The position numbers and the translations under genes are program-made. Source: a virus. From it: a stretch of DNA of 64,000 bases. Below, piece after piece: positions 29,763-38,259 of this stretch (the first letter of the stretch is position 1; every line of letters begins with the position of its first letter). Where the stretch lies: the IMG/VR virus record IMGVR_UViG_3300032309_001546, positions 64,001 to 128,000 of that record; one strand, given 5' to 3'. The notes under the pieces are model-generated. The model made no database searches, was not told the DNA's origin, and worked only from the letters and a program-made list of their open reading frames with translations.

Positions 29763-29800
29763 AAAAATAAAACCCCAACACATCCTACTGTGCTGGGGTT
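29763..29800 (-). terminator. Intrinsic terminator
   Basis: AACCCCAGCACA...TGTGTTGGGGTT hairpin followed by TTATTTTT on the minus strand. Confidence 0.75.
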
Positions 29801-30364
29801 CTATCTCTCTATCTCGCATTAGGACACTAGCAGGGTCACTACTAGTTACGAGTCTATCAGCCCAAGAGGAGGCTTATCCAAATCGTAATGCGGAATTGGC
29901 AACCGCACCTGTCTACTTACACTAGAACCCGACAGGCCCTTTCTAGTGCTTTGATACCCGACAACTACTGGTGTGGTATCTACTGGAGTCTTGAGCCCAG
30001 TCTACTCTCCTCCTGGGTACGCCTAACTAGGCTCACCATGCTCCCCCGAGGTTGGGAACATGGGTACGGGGCGCGTAACTGCCCCTTCCCAGTTTTTATG
30101 TTAAGCGGACTGGGAACCGCCCCTGTCTGATACATACCAGAAGCCGACAGGCCTCATCTGGTACGAGTAGCGGTAGCTACTATCCGCCATGTGAGGCGAG
30201 CGCAGCGAGCCTAATAGAATCCTATTACCTGGACTCTGTCTGGCCATACTAGTAATGCAACTATTTTTGGCCGACCCTAGTAAAGGGGTTTCCCCCCGAG
30301 TAGGGGGGTTTCGTGGGGGTAAAAAAGTTCCCCTCCCACACTGTAAGTGTGAGAGGGGGGTTCT

Positions 30365-30844
30365 CTAGTCCCAGTCGCCAGCAACAGGGGCGGACTTGCG
30401 GGCGGCAGGCTTGGCGGCGGGCTTGGCAGGCCTCGCGGGAGCCTTGGCAGCGGGCTTGGCGGGTGCCTTGGCGGGCTCCTCGACAACACCGTGACGACGC
30501 ATAAGCGCCTTCTCGGTGGCCAAGAGACGAATCTGGGCCTTGCTGTACACGATGAGCCTGGTGGCGTTGTGCCAGGCCTTGTCATCGCTCTGCCAGGACT
30601 CCGTCTCGAGGCCTGCCCCGTCGATGTGCACGAAATTGTACCCGCTCTCGTCCGCCTTTGCGACGAACCAGTTCACGAGCTCCTGGCCGACCAGACGCAC
30701 CCGCGTCCAGTTGGTGTCCTCCGTCCCGTAGGACGAACTGACCGAGAAGTCCGCGTACTTTCCGCTGGCCCCGATCACGGGCTGCTTGCCCATGTAGCCG
30801 AAGCCCGAGACCTTGAGGGTGAGAAACTTGCGATTCTGTTCCAT
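30365..30844 (-). CDS. Divergent SSB-like OB-fold protein
   Basis: G.MGKQP...ADFSV....EDTNWTRVRLVG...VHIDG..LETESWQS, AKP-rich linker, acidic tip GDWD. Start MEQNRK after GGAG. Confidence 0.7.
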   Translation of the reverse strand: MEQNRKFLTLKVSGFGYMGKQPVIGASGKYADFSVSSSYGTEDTNWTRVRLVGQELVNWFVAKADESGYNFVHIDGAGLETESWQSDDKAWHNATRLIVYSKAQIRLLATEKALMRRHGVVEEPAKAPAKPAAKAPARPAKPAAKPAARKSAPVAGDWD

Positions 30845-30888
30845 TGACGTTCTCCGTGGTAAGTGAGCCAAAGGCGGCTCATCATGAA

Positions 30889-31087
30889 AGGCGAGCGCAG
30901 CGATGCCTGTGCTGCGGCGTTGTTGCTGTTGCCTGCGTAGCGCAGCGGAGCAGGCTGTGTTGCTACCTGCGGAGCGCAGCGAAGCAGGGTAACCACGTAG
31001 CGCAGCGGAGTGGTGTGTCCTGTGGTTCTGATGAGCGTAGCGCAGCGGAGTGAATCAGAGGCGAGGACTCGGCGCAGCCCAGCGGAG
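30889..31087 (+). promoter_or_regulatory. Cluster of about five GC-GCA-GC triloop DNA hairpins
   Basis: AGGC-GA-GCGCAGC-GAT-GCCT; CCTGC-GTA-GCGCAGC-GGA-GCAGG; CCTGC-GGA-GCGCAGC-GAA-GCAGG; ACCAC-GTA-GCGCAGC-GGA-GTGGT; one more near 31036. Confidence 0.65.
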
Positions 31088-31169
31088 TATCTGGACTTTT
31101 TTACGACTATTTGTACTATTTTTGTATTATAGAAAGAATAGCCCATTGCTGGGCTACTCAATCTAATGG

Positions 31170-34100
31170 CTACTTCTTACCCGTGATACGGTTAAGACGT
31201 GCCGCGACACCGGCCTTCTTCTCCGAGGGAGCAGGGGCGGGCTTCTCTTCAGCCTCAACCTCGGCGTCGAAGTCATTGGGATCGATGAAGATAATCTTCA
31301 GGCCCGACTCTTCAGCGTAATCAACCGCATTCTTTGTACCGCCAGTGCTGCCATCCCAGACAGCAATGACGATATCGGCGCAGTCAATCATCTGCATGTT
31401 ACGGCGCTGCATGCAGAACTTGTCTTCGCCATAGGTCTTCTCGCTGACCTGGACGACTTCGCTGGCAACTTCCAGCATGTTCCAGTAGCGCTGCTTGGCT
31501 TCGCGGGGCCACATAGCCTCCTGCTCTACACAGGGGATCATGACCGTGAACGGGATACCCATCTCGTGCGCAATCTCTGCCGCATCCTGGTCAACGCCAA
31601 GGGCACCGCCAGTGATTAGCCAGAGCTTCTCACCGTGCTTGGCAAGACCACGCTCAAGCTGAGCCGCAATCTGTTCACGTACCCAGATGCGCTTCTCCGC
31701 ATTGGGATTGTATCCGCCGATCTTGTCGGGACGGTGACCAGTGAAGGCCACAAAGAAGTACTCCGTCTCTTCGGCTTCAACTTCCTCAGTTGCAGCCGCG
31801 ATCTTAACCTTGAAGGGATCGACATACAGCATACCGGGCTTGTAGTCTGCATACCCTTCGGGGCGGTTGTTGTGGGTAGACTTCGCGCCCGCAGGAGGAT
31901 TCGGCAGAGTGCTGACATCCCGCTTCTGGATGTAAAGCATTACTCCATCAAGTCGGGCTTCGTCATACCAGGCTTGAGGGCCCTTCTGGCGGATCTGCCA
32001 CTCGCTAAGGTCAACGCTATCAGCATCAAACTCGATGTAGGGGCCATGGTCCCCGTACACAATGCGTGCGTACTCGGTTGCAATAATGCTTCCATTCGGG
32101 GTTTGGATTTCCCCATCAAAGCCCTGACCATCCTCACGGAGTCCGAGTTTGGCTTCGACTTCACGCTTGTCGGCTTCGCGATTAGGCAAACCAAGCGTTG
32201 TGGACTTGAAGTCTTCGGACTCTTCGTCTTCGGCAACAGGGCACACAGCGGCCATCGAGGGGCCATTGTCTTCGTATCTGGCTTCGCAGGTCGGGCAGAG
32301 ACCGGCCACGAAATCCCCCTCGACTTTGCAGTCCTCACAGGCATTTGTGCAAATGCGGCAGCCAGCGCCCTCGCACACTTCGCACACAGATGTGGGGATG
32401 GACTCTTCTGCTTCTTCCTCAGTCTTGTTGGCAAGGCGCAGCAGGACGTCAGCGTGGCAGGCTTCGGGTGCACAATGGCAAATCAACGACTTGCCAGTAA
32501 GTTCTCCGAGGCTATCCATGAGATTAACCTGTGCCTTCACCCAAGCCTCGTACTTGGCAATGACTTCCTCACGGTTGCCATCGCGGCCAAGGACGAAGGG
32601 ATTACCCCACTTGCTGGGACGGCCAACGTATACCGCACCGGAAGGAATATCCTTATCTGCCCGGTTGTAGACGGCAGGTGCAGCGTTAGCAACGACCGGA
32701 GCGCTAGCCTCAGTGGCTTCAGACTCTTCGTCTTCGCTGTCCACCCAGCAATCGGTGTAATCGAAGCGGTCGCTGCTCTTGGCCTTCTCGTCTTCCTCAA
32801 AGACCTCGGACTCTTCCTCTTCGTCACCGTACTGGCTAGGGTCGAAGTCCGGGTTCTCTTCACCGAAGTCCGGCTCTTCTGCATCTTCCGGCTCGGGCAT
32901 CTCGTCAGCGTCCTCCGAGATGTCATACTCGTGCGAGGGCTCATCCTCGTAACCCTCCTCGTACGTATCCTCTTCAGGCTCATCACCAGAGAAGACATCG
33001 TTGAGATCCTCTTCGCCTCCACCCTGAGGACCGTTGTCGTCGCCAAGGAAGGTGAGGATCAGGAAGCTGTTCAAGCCCTGAGGCGCGAACCTGGTGCCAA
33101 CAGCCACGGTGCGACCCATGACAGTTTTACCATTCTCGTCCTTGGTCTTGATGTCGGGGTTCCACTCGGTAACCCACTCACGCTCCACAAGCTCTGCCTT
33201 CACCGCAGTACCCGGGAAGATCTCGATCAAGCGACGCAGGAAACCGAATGAGTCAGCAGCTTCAAGCGTGCTCATAGCGTTGAAGCTGTCGAGCTCAGCC
33301 TGCGCTTCTGCGATCTTTGTCTCGCTGGGCTTCTTGGCCTTCTTCAAGTCAGCCAGTGCGTGACGAAGCTCCTCACCCTTGTTCTTCCGACGAAGCTCGA
33401 TCTGACGACCGATTTCGCTGACAGTCGCAAGCTGACCCTCAAAGCCATTGGCCTCTCGACCATCGCTGATGCGCACGCCGGGCAGGCTGAGAAGACCATC
33501 GATCCCCCAGCCAAGCTTCTCGCCGTCACCGCCGAAGCCACCGCAGTTCTTCTCACCACGGATGTAGGCGAGGAGAGCTTCTGCGTCCTGGCGTACCGTC
33601 GGGGTACCACCCTTGCCCAAGTAGAGAGCAAGCTGACGGGCTTCACCGAGGCTGTTATCGTCGAGGCCGTTGATTGCGGCAATGCCATTGCTGGACATCC
33701 AGTCCGTGAGGTATTCCCAGGGACCGCCGACGAAGAACGCAGTGGTAGCGATACCGCCATTCGCCTTAAGGTTGCCATTGGCATCCTCGGTGATGGTGAT
33801 CTCAAGAGCCTGTGGCTTCGCATCCTTGCCGACCTTCTTGGCCTTCTCAGCAGGCTGCAGGTAACGATTGGCAAAGGCAAGCCAGGCCATCTTCACAGCA
33901 GCGTCGCGGTCTTCAGCCTCAAAGTTCTTGAGGATGTACGACTCGATCTGGGAGTCTACGAGTTCAATCGCCGCTCTGATGGGCATCGCCGAGTAGGCCA
34001 GCCAGAGTGCCTTCTTGGCACGCGAGATGTTGCCGCCAGCCAGCATTGCACTGACGACCCTGTAACGACGGTTGCTCTCGTGGCCTGCAGGAGCCATGAT

Positions 34101-37100
34101 CTTGTGGATCAGTTCCTGGTTGGTCCAAGCCTGGAGGTTCTTGAAGCTACCGGGGCTCCAGTTCCAGTAGAGCCAGGCCTCGGTCTCTTCGCCAGGGGCC
34201 TCGTCTTCCGTGCGACCAAGCCAAGCAGTGAGCGTCTGGTGCAGGACGTTCTGGCGACCAGCTTCCCACTGAGCATTGGCGAGGGATTCGACCTCATCGA
34301 TGCACCACTGGCGGTAGTCAGCCCAGAGGGTGTAGACCTTCGAGCTAAGCTCACCAGCGACGAGGTGGGTAACGATCTCGCCTTCTTCGTTGCGGACGGG
34401 AGCGGTCACCTTCGTGCCATTCTCGAACAGGGGCTGCATGTCTTCACCGAGGACAGCAACACGCTTGGCCGGGTCGACGAACAAGCTCTTCGCACCAAGG
34501 CTGAGCTTCCGCAGAACGGCAGGCACGAATGCCCAACCTTCACGGCCCTTGCCTTCGGTGACAAGGTCAAGCCAGACCTGGTAGACCTGCACCATCCGGT
34601 AGGATGCCCAGGCTTCAGCGTAACCCGTCATCTTGACCGCTGCGTCAACGATGTCGGACAACGTCACGCCGAAGAGGAGCGTCTCGGAGATCTCCTCACG
34701 AAGCTCCTCGAGGAAGGTAGGCAGCTTCACCCAGCCAACAGCCAGGGACATGCCGTAGATCTTCGCGTTAGCGACGATACCAATCGCCTTCTGGAAGACG
34801 TTCTCCTCCATGTTCATCACCGACTCGTACAAGCTCTCGTGGCTCATACCAGCAGTGGTGGCTTCGACCGGCGCTTCGGGCTCCGTAACGGCGGTAATGA
34901 CGAAGTTCTCCGTCTTCACCTTGAAAGCCTGACCGAGGATCGTGGCCGCGTTGAGGCGGGTCCACAGGCTCTTGTTCTCCGGGATACCGGCGACCATCTT
35001 AGCACGGAGCGCGTTCTTCTGTGCACGCTTCTCGGCGTTGAGCTTCGCCTTATCAGCAAGAGCGGTACGCCAGGCCAGACCCTTCACGATGAGCATGGCA
35101 AGCTTACCACGCGCAGTGGGGCAGCGGTCATCATAGTCCATGCCTTCGTTTGCCTGGAGCAGGAGGACTACCGTGTCTCCGCTCGCCGTGGTGAACATGA
35201 TCACCATACGGCCGCTTACGCCGATGATGAAGATATTCAGGCTTTCCGGCAGCTCACGGATCTCCGCAACCGTGCCCGACGTTTCGCCGGTGGGGTTACG
35301 GAAGAAGATTGCCAGGTTGGGCGCGCAGTTGTTCTTCGCCCAGCGAGCAAAGTTGGTGCAGTAGACAATAAGACGACCATCAGCCGTCTTCGTCTCCAGC
35401 TCCATGGTCTGCTTCGCCTTCGTAGCAACCTCCTCAGAGTGCTGCCCTTCAGCAATCCAAGCCGCATGCAGCATCGGCCAGAGGACCGGGATGGGGTAGG
35501 TTGCCCACAAGTCGCTTCCCTCCTCGGTAACAGGAGCGATCTTCATCGAGCCAGGCTCAATGTTCTTGCTCAAGGTGCCAACCAGCTGCTGTGCCAGCAT
35601 GCGGAAGGGGAGAACAGGGATTCGCATCGCGCCGAGGAGCTTCGCAAGAACGCTGTTGCGGTTGTCCTCGACCTTGGCCTCTTCGTCGCCAGCAACGAAG
35701 TCGTCAGCATCCTCGTCCAGACCCTTCAGGAAGTCGGGGAGACGCTTCTTGGCGTAGGCGATGTAGCCAGCAATGAGCTGGTAGAACTCCTTCGAGTTGA
35801 CCTCAGCTCCGAGAAGCATAAGGATCGACTGAAGCGACATAACCGCCTTCTCCTTCGTGAGCGCCGCAGTGCCGGGGATCCAGCAAAGGGCATAGTCGTT
35901 CTGGGTAGCGGACCACTCGGTCTTCACCTCACTGGCAATGATGCAGACGCCTTCAGGGAAGTACCGAGCCGGAAGCGGGATGCACATACCCTTGATCAGA
36001 CCTTCGCTGGTCAAGATACGAGCCACCATCGGAGCGGTCAGACCCATGGCCTTCGCCACGTCGGCACGGACAAGCACAAGGCCGTCGAAGAACTTGACCA
36101 GTGCAGCGGCAATCTTGCCCAGGTCCAGGACCTTACCCGGCAGGACAACGCGGGCAGTAACCCGCGAGATCCAGTACGAGTCAGCATACTTAGCAATGCG
36201 GCCCAGGGTCTTACCCTTGAACCGCAGAGCCGCCATGCTGACCTTCTTGGCTTCGGGCGTGCAGTAGAGGGTCATACCCTTCTGCAGAACCCGAATGGTG
36301 ACAAGGCCAAGCTTCTTAGCGTTGGCCACGGCATCGGTATCGTCGTCAGCGACAACGAGACCTTCGAGGAGTCCAGGGCTATCGTCAGCCGCAGGACTAG
36401 TAGCACACGCCTCCTCAAGGAAGGCTGCGAACGTGCCGGGAGTGCATACCCGGACTTTCTTGTTACCCATCTTGTTCTCCTTAGGGGTGGGTGCCCCGGT
36501 GTGCTTCGTCGAGGCCAGGATGATTCCCGGCTTAACGGAAGCTTTGGTGTCGTTGTTGGTGCTGGTGGCTTCACCGTTTAGGTCATTGTTGACCTCGGCA
36601 AAGATATCCTCGCAAGCCGCCATAAGACGAGCTGCGATGGCTGAGATGGCGTCGCTGGGGATGCCGGCATAGAGGCGGTCATAGCCACCTCTCATGGTCA
36701 ACTCGGTACCGTCCGCCTGGCAGACATTGCAGAATTGGCCCTTTGAGCCAAATCCTGCAACACCGCAACCGACGCAGGTCTCGGGCCCGCAGTCGGCTTC
36801 GCTGGGCTTAGCCTTAACCATGGCCTCGAGCTTCGTCGCAAGGGCATTGCCCACTACAACGAACAGGATACCGACGATGCCGACGACAAACAGAAAGCCG
36901 GGTCCTGCAAGGAACTCGGCCGGGCTCTTAGCCCAAGCGGCTTCGACCGCCTGGCTGAACGTGGGTGCTGCAGCGGCGAGTACGGCGATAAGCGGGGAGC
37001 TGGCCTTCACCGCATTGCGGCGTTGGCGGCTCAGTTCCCGCTTTCTGGTGCGCTTCTGGGCATCCTCAGTCGCCGTCATGGCGAAGAAGACGCTTGCGGT

Positions 37101-37967
37101 ATCCTGTGCGGACTTGCCCGTGTTACCACAGACAGCGGCTTCGATGCGCTTGGCAAGGGTGGTCTTGATGACCACAATCTTAGCGCCGATAGCTACGGGC
37201 TTCACAGGAGTAACCTGCTTGGCCTTTGCCGCCGCGATGTGCGCCGAGAAGGTCATGGCCTTCGTGACGCGGGGGAATTTCGCGACGGGCTTCGCAGCAG
37301 CCTTAGCGACGGGCTTCGCAACGGGCTTGGAGGCAGCCTTGGGAGCAGGCTTTACAGCGGGCTCAGCGACGGCTTCCACTGCCACTTCCGTGACAGCAGC
37401 AACCTCGATGGCAGGGGCAGGGGCAGGCTTCACAGGAGCCTTAGCGACAGGCTTGGCAATTGCCTTCGGAGCGGGCTTGGCGACAGCCTTGGGGATATGG
37501 ACCCCCTTCGACCGCAGCCAGCGGTCAAGGCGGATAGTGGTCCAGCAGTTACGCCGGGCCAAACGGGCTGCATGGCGGGTAAGCGCCTGCAGCCTGAGCG
37601 ACGCCGCCGACTGGGCAGCAACAGTCCGCCGAAGCGGAAGGACGATGGCGTATACGTTCGCCAGAAAACGGGCCACGAAGGCCAAGATGACACGGACCAT
37701 GGGATGGTCCTTACCCTCCGCGAGGAGGATTGGGGTGGTCGGCTTCACCGAATTGGCAAAGCGGACCACGAGGGAAGCGGGGATGCGGGGAGCGATGCGG
37801 GTTGCAGCCTCCGTGACCAGCACGAAGCTGGTGACGAAGAAGCTGACTAGGGCAGCGGCCTGCTGCGAAAGGGTGGGGGCCAGCTGGGCCTCCACGGTCA
37901 GCGCCGTTGCGAAAACGGCGAACACCACAGCCACGATGGCGGTGATGGCGAGTTGGATCCGAGACAT
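31170..37967 (-). CDS. 2265-aa polyvalent protein: N-terminal TM/AKP-rich region, putative single-chain two-barrel RNA polymerase core, acidic tract, DUF4326, Zn-finger, unknown domain, C-terminal YspA-type SLOG
   Basis: Ordered motifs FFDG, R.....IKG, FFRNP, GMDYDD, IG..AN, SDIVDAAVK.TG; DUF4326 VYVGRPSKWGNPF...L.CHCAP..CHADVL; SLOG AFTGHRP...GGALGVD...MQRRN..MID.....IAVWDG..GGT.N.V.YA. GGAGG RBS. Confidence 0.75.
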   Translation of the reverse strand: MSRIQLAITAIVAVVFAVFATALTVEAQLAPTLSQQAAALVSFFVTSFVLVTEAATRIAPRIPASLVVRFANSVKPTTPILLAEGKDHPMVRVILAFVARFLANVYAIVLPLRRTVAAQSAASLRLQALTRHAARLARRNCWTTIRLDRWLRSKGVHIPKAVAKPAPKAIAKPVAKAPVKPAPAPAIEVAAVTEVAVEAVAEPAVKPAPKAASKPVAKPVAKAAAKPVAKFPRVTKAMTFSAHIAAAKAKQVTPVKPVAIGAKIVVIKTTLAKRIEAAVCGNTGKSAQDTASVFFAMTATEDAQKRTRKRELSRQRRNAVKASSPLIAVLAAAAPTFSQAVEAAWAKSPAEFLAGPGFLFVVGIVGILFVVVGNALATKLEAMVKAKPSEADCGPETCVGCGVAGFGSKGQFCNVCQADGTELTMRGGYDRLYAGIPSDAISAIAARLMAACEDIFAEVNNDLNGEATSTNNDTKASVKPGIILASTKHTGAPTPKENKMGNKKVRVCTPGTFAAFLEEACATSPAADDSPGLLEGLVVADDDTDAVANAKKLGLVTIRVLQKGMTLYCTPEAKKVSMAALRFKGKTLGRIAKYADSYWISRVTARVVLPGKVLDLGKIAAALVKFFDGLVLVRADVAKAMGLTAPMVARILTSEGLIKGMCIPLPARYFPEGVCIIASEVKTEWSATQNDYALCWIPGTAALTKEKAVMSLQSILMLLGAEVNSKEFYQLIAGYIAYAKKRLPDFLKGLDEDADDFVAGDEEAKVEDNRNSVLAKLLGAMRIPVLPFRMLAQQLVGTLSKNIEPGSMKIAPVTEEGSDLWATYPIPVLWPMLHAAWIAEGQHSEEVATKAKQTMELETKTADGRLIVYCTNFARWAKNNCAPNLAIFFRNPTGETSGTVAEIRELPESLNIFIIGVSGRMVIMFTTASGDTVVLLLQANEGMDYDDRCPTARGKLAMLIVKGLAWRTALADKAKLNAEKRAQKNALRAKMVAGIPENKSLWTRLNAATILGQAFKVKTENFVITAVTEPEAPVEATTAGMSHESLYESVMNMEENVFQKAIGIVANAKIYGMSLAVGWVKLPTFLEELREEISETLLFGVTLSDIVDAAVKMTGYAEAWASYRMVQVYQVWLDLVTEGKGREGWAFVPAVLRKLSLGAKSLFVDPAKRVAVLGEDMQPLFENGTKVTAPVRNEEGEIVTHLVAGELSSKVYTLWADYRQWCIDEVESLANAQWEAGRQNVLHQTLTAWLGRTEDEAPGEETEAWLYWNWSPGSFKNLQAWTNQELIHKIMAPAGHESNRRYRVVSAMLAGGNISRAKKALWLAYSAMPIRAAIELVDSQIESYILKNFEAEDRDAAVKMAWLAFANRYLQPAEKAKKVGKDAKPQALEITITEDANGNLKANGGIATTAFFVGGPWEYLTDWMSSNGIAAINGLDDNSLGEARQLALYLGKGGTPTVRQDAEALLAYIRGEKNCGGFGGDGEKLGWGIDGLLSLPGVRISDGREANGFEGQLATVSEIGRQIELRRKNKGEELRHALADLKKAKKPSETKIAEAQAELDSFNAMSTLEAADSFGFLRRLIEIFPGTAVKAELVEREWVTEWNPDIKTKDENGKTVMGRTVAVGTRFAPQGLNSFLILTFLGDDNGPQGGGEEDLNDVFSGDEPEEDTYEEGYEDEPSHEYDISEDADEMPEPEDAEEPDFGEENPDFDPSQYGDEEEESEVFEEDEKAKSSDRFDYTDCWVDSEDEESEATEASAPVVANAAPAVYNRADKDIPSGAVYVGRPSKWGNPFVLGRDGNREEVIAKYEAWVKAQVNLMDSLGELTGKSLICHCAPEACHADVLLRLANKTEEEAEESIPTSVCEVCEGAGCRICTNACEDCKVEGDFVAGLCPTCEARYEDNGPSMAAVCPVAEDEESEDFKSTTLGLPNREADKREVEAKLGLREDGQGFDGEIQTPNGSIIATEYARIVYGDHGPYIEFDADSVDLSEWQIRQKGPQAWYDEARLDGVMLYIQKRDVSTLPNPPAGAKSTHNNRPEGYADYKPGMLYVDPFKVKIAAATEEVEAEETEYFFVAFTGHRPDKIGGYNPNAEKRIWVREQIAAQLERGLAKHGEKLWLITGGALGVDQDAAEIAHEMGIPFTVMIPCVEQEAMWPREAKQRYWNMLEVASEVVQVSEKTYGEDKFCMQRRNMQMIDCADIVIAVWDGSTGGTKNAVDYAEESGLKIIFIDPNDFDAEVEAEEKPAPAPSEKKAGVAARLNRITGKK

Positions 37968-38259
37968 GAGTTACCTCCTAGTCAACGGGGTCCAGCGCGA
38001 TCTATAGGGAAGCATTCCCTATGACCGACATACCAGTGTCTTGTAACACACTGGAAGATTTCTGGTCCTTTATGGGAAGGACCCTGTTTAAAACCCTGGC
38101 TTTCTGTTCGCTCCGGCATTGACCCATACTACCTTCTTGGAAGATACTGGGGTGCCATTCGAACTATCCGGCCCATTGCGACCACCCCTTAGCAGAGAGC
38201 TGGTCCACATTTTAGCCCATAGTAGTGCAACTATTTAAGTATCGTACAAAAAATACCCT

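Noticed and set aside
30775-31161. 128-aa minus-strand ORF with LR-rich repeats
   Set aside because: Translation of the GCGCAGC hairpin cluster; overlaps the SSB-like gene and a terminator.
31635-38007. Long plus-strand ORFs (538, 1073, 437 aa and others)
   Set aside because: Antisense shadows of the GC3-biased 2265-aa gene; no RBS or recognisable motifs.
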